From Eremomyces bilateralis CBS 781.70 (Eukaryota): a stretch of 64,000 nt of DNA. The position numbers were made by a program, and so were the translations under genes. Positions 1-10,890 of the stretch are shown here, in pieces. The stretch lies in the NCBI GenBank assembly GCA_010015585.1, contig ML975157.1; one strand, given 5' to 3'. A model generated the notes under the pieces. The model was given only the letters and a program-made list of their open reading frames with translations. It was not told where the DNA came from and did not search any database. How positions within the stretch are numbered: the first letter of the stretch is position 1; each line of letters opens with the position of its first letter.

Positions 1-841
1 AACCCGAGTTAAAAAAAATCTCTTCTCGTTGGTTCCAGGACCAGATAAGTTATCGCGGGTGCCTGTCGAATGTCACACAGCAACATCCCTATCCTACCAA
101 TGAGCCCACGCGTTGGGCGATGGGAAACTCGCTCTGACCACTCCGAAGTCCACGCAGTCCTGAGCTGAAGACCTTTCGTGCTCAGGTGCGCTGGATATTA
201 GGACGACATCCTGTCGGTCTCAGACACTTTCGCCGCTTTGTTATCCTCTTGAGTCGACTGACGTTCAATATTTGCCGAAATTCCCATTGCGGAACCAGAC
301 GCCTTATCTGTAGCAAGTAGTTACATACAATCGTCCCGGGAACCATGATGGTGTGCTCTGAACCTGGTGGCAATCCTCAAAGTTCTGCGTCCAGATCGCG
401 GAGAACCCTTGTAGTATCACGATAAGATGCGGAGCTTAGGATAAGCTTGCATCACCTTTGGCTGGGTGGGCCTTTTGATACTGTTTAGTCGCTTGGTACC
501 TGAATCCTGAGGGACCCTGGATCTCATTGAAACATAGTCGAGCTAAACCCAACCATATCCTACTCTTCTTATTTTCGTTCCTCGTTATCCAGATTCCCGT
601 TGCAAGATCCCGGCCTCATCTCGTTCCCTGGCCAGAGGTAATGCTCAGAGCTGCGGTGCATGTGTTCAAGGCGCGGCTTGTGATCGCAGTATTATCTCCC
701 GCTTCTGATCCTATTATCGGGAAGAACGAGCAATGCCCGCTCTATATCGTGGAGTATTCGTAGGGTGACCGCGGACTTGGAACTTCCAATGGATACAAAG
801 GACTTCGACTTGCAAGTCCAAGTCCCAAGTGACATATCCTC

Positions 842-1206
842 TCAATCGCCGTGTCTCTGGGACTCGTTCTGTGAAGACTGCGCAGCATTGTTGGAGTCAC
901 TCATAGTCTCCTCACCCAACACTTTACTAGCGGCCATAAACCTATTGGACAGATATTAGCTAGGGGACTTGACGGACTGATGATGGATCTCAGAACTCAC
1001 ATCGCACCCGAATAGGCGCCCAACCCACGCATGCTCTCCGCTTGAATCGAGGTCATGCGAAGCAGGTTTTCCAGATCCGACATATGTGCCGTCAGTTGGG
1101 CGAGTTGCGAGTGGAGGTGGGATAGCTGTCGTGGTTTTTGCGAGGGAATGGTGCTCAATCGCGACGCTACTCCAGTCGAAGTGCTTCGTGGTGGTGGTTG
1201 TGACAT
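842..1206 (-). CDS. HSK3: DASH/Dam1 complex subunit Hsk3-like (2 exons; intron 942-1000)
   Basis: Spliced product MSQPPPR...QLSHLHSQLAQLTAHMSDLENLLRMTSIQAESMRGLGAYSGAM|FMAASKVLGEE...HGD*. GTGAGT donor, GCTAAT branch, TAG acceptor. Coiled-coil motif typical of filamentous-fungal Hsk3. Confidence 0.85.
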
Positions 1207-1514
1207 GGTCGACGATTGGTGAGGATCAGATTTCGTTGGGCGGGCAGTTGCGCTATGAGGGGGAGTGTGTGAAGTATTGATGAGAGCTGAAACGCGCAAC
1301 TCTAGTGAATAGTCGAATTAACTAACTTAGACTGATGGTAAGTTAATCTGACCTGGATGTAAACACTGATGCTCGGCGGGATGGTGGTTCATCTAATTTC
1401 TGACTAAGCCGAATGTTGGACGTCACCGAACCTCGTATCAAAACTTTCTCCCAATTTGACGAGAGCAACGGCCACCCTAGATGGTTGCTTTGCCATTAGA
1501 ACGAGCATCTAGAG

Positions 1515-3303
1515 ATGCAGCCACTCATTCTGAAGACTCGCCCGGTACCGTCACTCGACCTGCTCAAATATCTGAGAAAGTTGAACGGTGCCCGCCGCTC
1601 CGTCTCCTCTCAGCATGTCGGGATAAAGGTGGCAACCGGCGAACTCTCTCGACTCCGACCTCTACGATCCCAAATTGGCTCCAGGAATCCCTTCTCAAGA
1701 CTCCAGCTTTCCAGTCGAAATAGATTATGCGGCGTGTCTGTGACAAGGCAATGTCTCGGGATCGCGCGGCCGGAAGGGATTCGACCCTTCACCTCCTACG
1801 TCCGAAACGCCTTCTTCGGACCGTGGACCTCCAAGAAGCGGAAGAACTACGAACAGCTTGAGCCCAATGATCTGCCGATTTCGAGCTTCATCGACGATAC
1901 CTCCTATCCTTCCCGAGTCACCAAAGCCTCCAACGACCTCAAGTTGCGATGTACCGAGTTCGATGAGAACGGGAACGTCACGCTCGTCAACGGGGAATAT
2001 AAAAAAACAGAGCTGATCGCCAAGGTAAGGGTTTCAGAGCCGTATTCTGACATCGGGGCTCTAACTTTATGGCCAGTATTCCCTCCTACCGCGAGACTTG
2101 CGGAAGATTGACTCCTCAATGCTACCGCACATCCTCATCCGACCGAGCGCGATTCTTCTAAATCTTCTCCACCTGCGAGTCTTGATCAAGCACAACCGGG
2201 TGCTCATCTTCGATGCGTACGGGAGCACGGACTCCTACACACAATCCGTGTTCATGTACGATCTGGAGGGAAAGTTGCGCGCCGCATCCGCGGACGCGAA
2301 ACAGGCCGGTAGCCTACCATACGAGTTTCGAGCCTTGGAGGCGGTGTTAATCAGCGTCACCGGCGGTCTGGAGAGCGAGTTCGAAGGAGTCCGTGAGCCG
2401 GTTGTGAGGGTATTGCGCGAGCTGGAAGAGGACATCGATCGCGACAAGCTTCGGTACCTCCTGATATATTCCAAAAAGCTTGGGACCTTTGAACAGAGGG
2501 CTCGACTGGTGCGCGACGCTCTCGACGAACTGTTGGATGCGGATGATGACCTTGCTGCCATGTATCTGACCGCCAAAGCTCAAGGGGAACTCCGAAATGA
2601 AAACGACCATACAGAGGTGGAGATGTTGCTGGAGTCGTATCACAAAGTCACGGACGAGATTGTACAGGCGGCGGAGAATCTCGTCTCCAATATCCGAAAC
2701 ACCGAGGAGATGTACGTCTTCCGTATGTTCTTTACTTTCAACGCTAACCGTCTACCCAGTGTCAAAGCCATCCTGGATGCTAATCGCAACTCTCTCATGG
2801 TTCTAGACATCAAGTTCACCATCTGTACATTAGGCATTGCTGCCGGCACCTTTGTCGCCGCACTCTACGGCATGAACTTGACCAACTTCCTCGAGGAATC
2901 GGTCCTCGGGTTCGGCGGCGTATCCGTCGTATGCGGCCTCTTCACAGCCTTCGCCGTTATGTGGGGCCTTAAGGTCCTGCGCCGCGTGCAACGACTCCGG
3001 ATGTCCGGAAGCCCTGGAATGGACACTTTCCGGGCGTTGGCTCGACCGCTTCACAGCAATAAGTCCTGCCAGCCCGAAAGGCCGAACTGGATGGATGAAA
3101 AGATCCGACGGCAGAACGCGCGAGCGCAGCTACACGGGTACCACGCGCAATTGCATGGGAAACAAGCGAGCCCACCTTCCGGCCCAAACAAGGGCGATGC
3201 GATCAAACGACGGGCGAAGCTTGAGGGTCAGTCCAAGGGAGCGGAGCATCCGGATGATCCGACAGGGGGGATCGGTGCTGACTCGGTGCTAGCGAAGCCG
3301 TGA
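1515..3303 (+). CDS. MRS2: Mitochondrial inner-membrane Mg2+ transporter, CorA/Mrs2-Lpe10 family (introns 2025-2076 and 2712-2759)
   Basis: Arg/Ser-rich presequence, LRCTEFD, LLPRDLRKID, LPYEFRALE, EMLLESY, LDANRN, GMN signature (YGMNL) and two C-terminal TM helices. Confidence 0.93.
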
Positions 3304-3864
3304 TGAAATGTTCTCTACTCTGCTCTCTCATGATTTCCATGTCCTTTCAAGTTTTTTGGCATAGCGAGGCGCTGATGGGCATCTGTTCAATATGTAGGCC
3401 TGGTGTCTGTCTGGCTTCACACTTTCCTCTCTAGCCCTGGTTGTCACAATACCCAACTTGTATTTTCCGAAACACTCAGCGTCGATGTACTAGACAATAG
3501 AGAGAAATTAGATCGAAATGTAATATATCATATTCTGTATGACTGTTGACTCCCACAACCATTCCCTTGTTACGACAATCAAACATGATAATATAGAATT
3601 CATTACCACGGTCAAAATGCCAATAACATTGTCCCTGGATTGCACCAAAAAATCAGATAAAAGAGCAGGTCATAAGCAATTTATATTCATACCAATGTTC
3701 GTTCGATCCCGTTAAGGGGCAAGACATGTTTTTCGACAAGGTGCTCTTCATGCTGTGGATTCCACCTTCGGCTGCGAGCGAACACCACACTGCATCACCG
3801 ACCCTCTTCATATCGCCAACATCTGTAGAATATCGAAATGCAAAAAAATAAGGCGCCAAAGGGC

Positions 3865-3873
3865 AAAAAGAAA
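3865..3873 (-). terminator. Pol III terminator T-tract of the tRNA gene
   Basis: TTTCTTTTT directly 3' of the tRNA on the minus strand. Confidence 0.7.
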
Positions 3874-3946
3874 CGCCTCGTGTGGGACTCGAACCCACAA
3901 CCTTGGGATTAAAAGTCCCACGCGCTGACCATTGTGCCAACGAGGC
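3874..3946 (-). tRNA. tRNA-Lys(UUU), intronless
   Basis: Reverse complement GCCTCGTTGGCACAATGGTCAGCGCGTGGGACTTTTAATCCCAAGGTTGTGGGTTCGAGTCCCACACGAGGCG folds as a cloverleaf. Anticodon arm TGGGA-CT-TTT-AA-TCCCA, T-loop GGTTCGAGTCC, downstream T-run. Confidence 0.97.
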
Positions 3947-4500
3947 CTGAATTCAATGAACATCGCCCATTTAAAGTAATAAAGTAAAACCTAGGTTGCA
4001 GTGAACCTATTCTATTACTACATATTACTTGGGAGAAGGAATCAACACCTCAAGAGCTATAATCAATATTCATGAGGAGAAACTTGCGGAACATCTAGTT
4101 CATATTTGTTTGTGGGGGAATTTCTTGACTGGCCACCGATCACCTGAGATCTTCTAGGAGTTACCGCTAATTAGGCCAATCGGCGTTCGACGGTTTGTTG
4201 AATGAATCCTTATTTTATATAACTATCGTGAAAATACCGTCTCTGATATACTTCGTATAGCTAGGTAATACTTCATAATTCACATTATTAAATTCGAGGC
4301 AATGGGGGTCATCACGACCAATTTGTATTGTGTCTCTGTAGTAACTGAGCCTAAGCAGCGAACGTGCTTAACCATCACCCACGCGTAATGCGACACCTTC
4401 TAACACCACTTGGCACACGACGAATCGAATACATAGGGTCATGCTGAACAGGGGTCATTATTGGGGTTGGAAACCATAATTATGTACTAATTTTCTATCT

Positions 4501-5050
4501 CCGTTTTCACTCGTTGAAAACAGCGATTTCTAGAGCTTTATTAAGATACTCAATCCTGCCTTTAAACTCCCTTATCGCGAACGCCTCAGTGGTGCGCTCC
4601 TCGCCGACTTATATCACAAAACATCGCTTCAAGTCCAGCGCATCATCGGCCAACGACGCGACCATTTCAGCCTCAATTTCAGTCTGGACGAGTCGAATAA
4701 CCAACAGAACGATCGTGTCTTGAACTTCTCCGTTGTCTATCCTGACTTTGAATCGCTTACACTCCATACAAGACCTGTCGATGCGCAAGCCTCCTTGACT
4801 GGGGAATTCTATTACGAATATTTCCGCTCGGTGATGAAACAGGTGGTTAAAGGAGATTACAAGCGGATTAACAGTATCTCGACGGATACCCTGTAAGACA
4901 ATGAGGAAGTTCTGGAGACTGTCAAGAAGATTTAGACCTATCGCATATCATCTATGTGCCTTGTCGATCTCATAATTTAAACCTCATTGGCGATATCATC
5001 AAGATGGACAATTTCCGCGATCGTTTCACCACTTTCAAGAACCTCGTTTG
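4501..5050 (+). mobile_element. Degenerate hAT-superfamily transposase fragment
   Basis: Manual translation through a stop and two frameshifts: PFSLVENSDF*SFIKILNPAFKLPYRERLSGALL ... SLDESNNQQNDRVLNFSV ... INSISTDT/CKTMRKFW ... YVPCRSHNLNLIGDII. These match the hAT dimerisation/DNA-binding region, two catalytic Asp and the CxxH motif. Confidence 0.85.
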
Positions 5051-5189
5051 CGACCTCTCGTCCATTAGGCCGACCCAGCCCTGGCCTTTGCAGTGACATC
5101 ATGCGAGCTAGAGCTCTAATTTCGACGGGAATTTGACAGGGCAGTTCCATGGACTTGACAGTCCTCCTCGCCTCATGTCGGATTGAGCT

Positions 5190-6476
5190 CTACTTAGATT
5201 CCGGAACATACGGAGTTTCAAATGGGACTTCTCCTTGGGGGGTTATGCGAGCTAAATGTCGTCGTTCGCCTGTCGTCCAATCGACAATAGCAGAGTGTGA
5301 AGTGACGCGGTTCTGTTCTTGTTAGCCAATCTTACCACTCAGACCTTGATGGAATTGGACTTACATCCCAAATAACCACAGTCCCAGGAGCCCATTTGAC
5401 ACGAGCCTGATAGTCAATGCCCCGGCCAATGTGGTCGTACAAGAAGTTCAAGAGTGCCTCGCTCTCTTCGTCTTTAAATCCGACGATTCTTCGAGTGACT
5501 TGATGCCAATTAGCTAAGGATTGAGCTGCAAAGTAGGAAGACTTACACCCTTTATTCACAAATAAGGCTTTCTCGCCAGTTGCCGGGTGAGTGCGCACGA
5601 TCGGATGCTCCGAAGTAACGCCCTCTCGTTTCACTATTCCCCCACGTTTCCTGCTGAACTCCACTTGTTCGATTCCAGAGTGAAGAGCCTTAAGTCCATG
5701 TAGACGCTCTTTGAAGGCCGGTGACAATCGATTGTAGGCCTCGACCTGGTTGACGAATGCAGTGTCGCCACCAACTCCCGGAACATCCAAGGCGTACAAG
5801 AACGTGGTGGCAGGTGGCTGCTTCTCGAATGAGACGTCGGAGTGCCATCCGACACCGCTATTCCGATTTGCCAAAAAGAAATCAAATTCGCTCGTATTGA
5901 CATTTCGATGCACGATAAGGAGCTCCGGATGGCCCTCGGGGGTTGGGCTGGTCGGATGGATGTGGAGACGGCCGAAATGGCTTCCGAGGGCGACGGGCTC
6001 CGTAAGTGGTAAGTCGGCAAGGTCCTGGTTACGGAATGCGACAACCTTTCGCTGGGCAACTAGTAAGGCAAGTTGATCTTTACCAGCGTCGCTGAGCTTG
6101 CTGAGTTGGACCCCAGTGACTTCTGATCCCGTGGTGGGTGTGAGGTGCTGGAGCTTAGAGCCTTCAGTCAGAAGGTCCTTGAAGCTTGGATCGGCGCCTT
6201 TGCCCTTGTCGATGTGCTCGTATAGTTCGAAGGGTGGGTATTTCACGCCATGGTCCCAGACAGGCAGATAATGGGGGTACTGTGTGATCGTTAGTCCACG
6301 TCTACGGCAATTGGAGTGCGACAACATACAGTGGCAGGGACCGGATTATCACTCTCTTCGTCAATTTGCCTTCGGATTTTAGGCTTCGCCTCAACGGGCT
6401 TCTCCTCAGTGGGCTGAGGATCGGCCTGCACCGAAATGGGGAGTTTTTGGGTTTCGGTAGATGTCACAGTGGCCAT
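5190..6476 (-). CDS. Alpha-ketoglutarate-dependent sulfonate/taurine dioxygenase, TauD/JLP1 family (introns 6280-6329, 5499-5546, 5313-5364)
   Basis: WHSDVSF (HxD), GGDT, HPIVRTHPATGEKALFVN, and spliced IWD|NRVTSHSA...RHLARITP giving the third iron ligand and the 2-OG Arg. Confidence 0.93.
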
Positions 6477-7626
6477 TTTCGGTAAATAGAAGTTGATGAT
6501 CTAAGTAAACAGTCTCAGACTTTGGCTATGGATTAAATAATTGTCTCGATCTTATATGAGTCAACAGCAACGGCGCGGGCCACTAAGAATATATACTGCA
6601 TGGCCTTCGAAACAGTCAACATTATAAAACATCGATATCGGATATAACAGCACCTCCGTTTCAAGGAATCGTCATTTGACCATCCTTTGTAGGTTAATTC
6701 CTAGGATGCTCCAATAGTTCAGCCTCCAATTTCGGCGCCGTCTTTTAACACGATGGCGTATGAGTTGCACTGGATTCCCTCATTTGAACAGACCAATTGG
6801 CAAGTCTTCTCAGATGGGGCAAACCCGCAGTCGCACTACTGATCCAGTTATCAGATAACACTGATTGGTGTAGCTGTTGCTGCAATGCGGCATAGGTTCA
6901 TATTTCAAACCGGTTGACGGTTGCTGCTCCAGTTGCGCAGTCGACAATGCCGGATTGCGGGAATCTCCACCCTTTCTGGCTTTTGGAGCAGAACGATCCC
7001 TCATCTAAGTGGTAAGACACTTATCAGATCATCATCATACGAAAATAATCGTCTCAATGATTCGTTCCTTGTACGCTGCAGTTTTGATAGTGCCGACGAT
7101 CGAGGGGTTGTAAGTGCAAATTGCGTTATGACGACCGTGGAATGATACAATCGAGTATTCTGGTCCCATTGTATCCCCTGCATGGCTAGTCAAACATTCC
7201 GAGTACATAGCAAGGTCCTATTAATAATAACGTGGAATCAAGGAGAAAATTCAAAGCAGCGACATGAGATAAACTTGACGATATAATAATTTCGGAACAT
7301 TACATTGAATTAGAGAGGAATAAATTGGTGACGAAGTGACGGGAATGGGGTTATTCGGGGATAGTTTCAGGGCGTTCTGAAGGCTTTGTCAATGACTAAG
7401 CAGTAAGCACATAGTTCTAGTTAACTAACTAGTTAGGATAACTAGCTAGTTAGCTAAAACATTTTCATCCGAGATAGTTCAGGACAGTACATAAAATGAT
7501 GGTCTTCGCTCAGAACTTCGTCAATCAATCTGGGGTGTCCATAGTAGACACACACTTGCTGATGTGAAGTGATTTACGGATAGATGCGATAGGGAGCAAT
7601 TCGGTGCCTTATGGGGCTGTCGCAGG

Positions 7627-7646
7627 CACGTGACTATACACGTGAC
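7627..7646. promoter_or_regulatory. Tandem CACGTGAC E-boxes in the divergent dioxygenase/transporter intergenic region
   Basis: CACGTGAC at 7627-7634 and 7639-7646 (GTCACGTG, Cbf1-type bHLH site). Confidence 0.4.
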
Positions 7647-7884
7647 CCACAAGATGGAGACCCAGCTAGTCAGTTAGATCGATCAATCAATCAACAGCTA
7701 GTCTTCATGTTGAGACTATCGTCGATTCACACCGCCGTCGTCAGTGTAAATCGAGATTGTTAAACGATATTATCAAGAGTCTAGACACGGTTCTATCTCC
7801 CGTAAAGAAGGTAGTAGAGAAAGCCCTTCCTTGTATCTTAGATTGTGGCTATCTACAGGAAGCTAATCGATCGCATCATAATCA

Positions 7885-8345
7885 TCCTTGATGTCTATTA
7901 TCCCTAGTTCCCCTGTGTAGGAAGTTAGAGCAAGCATACACTCATGACTCAAGCGTTTGTTACTACTGCATCATTTCTTATTGTCCATCATAGAGGTTAT
8001 GGAAGAGGAGGACTTAGCCCACATCTCTGGAAATGGTTACAGAAAGCCTAGGAATCACATACTATTATGGATGCCCTGTTATTCCCGGTTACTATGCATA
8101 GGAAGATGAGTAGATCACTCCTGCGTTAGTTAATACTGGATAATTTCTTATATTGTCGATCATCGAGGCTATAGAAGAGCAGGACTTGGCCCGCATCCCC
8201 TAAAATGGTTACAGAAAGCTTAGGAATAGCCTCATACTAGCTATGGAAGAGGAGGACCTTGACCTACATCTCCAATACTGAACCCCTATCAATCGCCTCT
8301 ACTATGGCAGAGAAGGGCTTTGACCTGAATTTCCAGTACTAAAAG
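7885..8345. repeat. Degenerate ~170-bp tandem duplication with additional shorter sub-repeats
   Basis: tttcttattgtccatcatagaggttatggaagaggaggacttagcccacatctctggaaatggttacagaaagcctaggaat (~7974-8055) recurs as tttcttatattgtcgatcatcgaggctatagaagagcaggacttggcccgcatcccctaaaatggttacagaaagcttaggaat (~8144-8227). Partial copies near 8242 and 8302. Confidence 0.75.
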
Positions 8346-8570
8346 TCCATCAAGCACATCATACTCACTATGAATGTCATGCCATTCTTAATTCCCACGC
8401 GAACGATGATAGCGCCATATGATTTCTTATATCCATTGCTACATCAGTTATTATCGAGTCTCATTAACGCTGTAGAAATCTCGAGAAGTATATTTGACTT
8501 TGCTTTCCCCCCGATCCATCTACTAAGAAGGATTAGAATAGAGCCCTATTCTTACCTGCCCTACTACGCC

Positions 8571-10530
8571 ATGACAGTCGAACGGCCCAAAGACGAGTCG
8601 GAAGAAGACTCCAGCCTATCGTCCGAACAAATTGACGTAGGGCATACGGTGGCAAAAGCTGTCTTACACGATGCAAAGTTGGTGACAACGAAAGGCAACA
8701 TTATCACCAATGATGGAGCTATCGTGGCCACTGGAGAAATTGACTCGAGTGTTTCGGCCAATCCCTTTTCGGATCCCCAGATCCGAGACTACTACGTTGG
8801 TGTCTATGAGAAAGCAAAATACGAGTGTCGACATGTCTTCGACGCGGGTGCCACATGGACAGAAGAAGAGGAGAAGAAGATGGCCAGGAAACTTGACTGG
8901 CATGGCATGTACACAATTTAGTGTCTAAAGATTCGACTGATGATTATTTGTAATAGTATGCTTATGGGCATGCGTCATGTTCTTTAGTCTACAGATTGAT
9001 CGTGGAAACATCAATCAAGCCGTTTCGGGAACCTTTTTAAAAGATCTTCACCTTAATACTAATGGTGGGCAGACCGACACTTGCCTTGTAAATGACCTCT
9101 GACTTAAAGTACTAGATTTCAATCTTGGGAATACCGTGTTCCTGGTGTCTTTCCTTTTGGCCGAGTTACCATCTCAATTAATCTCGAAGAAGTTTGGTCC
9201 CGACCGCTGGATTCCTACCCAAATGGTTATATGGTCTATAGTCGCCATGGCGCAAACTGGGCTTCGAGGCAGAGCCGATTTTCTTGCAACTCGTGCTCTT
9301 CTTGGAATGCTTGAAGTGTGTTAGCTGATGCTCATAATTCTTCCCTACTGATGGATCAAATCTAGGGCGGTTTCATCCCAGACCTAGTACTTTGGCTCTC
9401 CTACTTCTACACCGGCCGGGAGCTCCCCATCAGGCTGAGTTTCTTCTGGACAGCCTTGAGCATTACTGGCATCATTGCTTCTCTTCTTGCCTTTGGAATA
9501 TTCCATCTCGAAGGCCACCACGGTCTTGCAGGTTGGAGGTAGAGTTCAATTTGCTTCATTCTTGGATAGTGATTGACACAATTTTAGGTGGATCTTCTTA
9601 ATCGAAGGAACGCTCACACTTGTTATTGGCATTGTGTCCTTCTTCCTTATGCCGGCATCTGCAGCCCAGACAAAGACGTGGTTTCGACCCAAAGGATGGT
9701 TTACCGATCGCGAACTTACTATTGTGGTGAACCGAGTGCTACGAGATGACCCTAGCAAAGGTGACTTAAAACCTATAGTTATCTTAAGGCAGACTGATGC
9801 TGATCTATTATAATAGGAGATATGCATAATCGACAGGCGATCACCCACGTCGACTGTGGACTGCACTGAAAGATTATGATCTCTGGCCGGTAGGTATATT
9901 CTTAACTAGGACACCAGCGGATGCTAACTGTGTACCGGTATCAAGCTTTATATGCTCGGTGTCATCAACCTTGTTCCACAGGCGCCACCCGCTCAGTATC
10001 TCACGCAAATTCTTCGGAATCTTGGGTTTACCACTGTAAGCATTCTCTCTAACGGGTGTTCCACCAGCTAATGCCTCTAGTTCGAAACCAACCTCCTTAC
10101 AATCCCATCAGCAGTGGGCCATATGATCACTCTTCTCGCCGGCACCTGGCTAAGCGAAAAATTTAATCAACGCGCGCTTTTCGCCATGCTACAACCCCTA
10201 TGGACCCTTCCTTGCATCATTGCTCTCCGAGTGTGGCCAGGTCTTATGAAAGAACAATGGTCAACTTATGCTCTACTCGTCGTGTTACTAAGTTATCCAT
10301 ATGCTCATGCTATTAATGTGTAAGTATACCCCACTGTTAGATAGGCGCGAACTCTCGTAACTAGAGCTAATGACTTTCGGCATTTTATAGGGCTTGGGTG
10401 TCGAGAAACTCGAATAACGTTGGCTCTCGCAGCGTATCTGCCGCTCTATTCAATAGTAAGCTATGTTTCTTTCGGCTTCTAGTAACACCAGACCTAACGA
10501 CACCGCTCCAGTGAACATTCAAATTTATTA
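8571..10530 (+). pseudogene. MFS anion:cation symporter (allantoate permease family, SOA1/YIL166C-like sulfonate transporter); frameshifted and 3'-truncated
   Basis: Multi-exon model: [100 protein letters not shown] 1-nt deletion at ~9844-9847 shifts the frame. The frame ends NMNIQIY* at ~10530, before the final helices. Confidence 0.85.
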
Positions 10531-10755
10531 ATTAGAGTTGGAACACGAAAATAAACGACCGCAATATACACAGCAAACAGTCACCGCTCAACCAACTCCA
10601 TGCAACTCCTTCTCGATCACCCTCTCGATCTCTATCATGCGATCACGCAGAATCGAAAAGTCGAGCGTGTAAATTCATCAATAATTTCTCCTGCTCGCAG
10701 ACATCGTGTACAACTCGCACCCAACGATGACGAAAATCGGGTCTACTGGAACAAT

Positions 10756-10832
10756 AAGCTTTAGAATGCTATGAGCTGTAGAATGATACGGAAATAATTA
10801 GCTGTGGAATGTTACGAGCTGCGGAATATTGT
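10756..10832. repeat. 17-bp minisatellite, 4 imperfect units
   Basis: aagctttagaatgctat / gagctgtagaatgatac / (9-nt spacer) / tagctgtggaatgttac / gagctgcggaatattgt. Confidence 0.7.
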
Positions 10833-10890
10833 GAGTGAGCTTGTGACGGTTTACGTGTGATCTAATTCATCAGTAACGACCCACGACCGG

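Noticed and set aside
3653..3940. 95-aa ORF
   Set aside because: It is a translation of the tRNA gene and its flank.
10756..10832. Possible CRISPR-like repeat array
   Set aside because: Units are mostly adjacent with no unique spacers, context is eukaryotic, and no cas genes are present.
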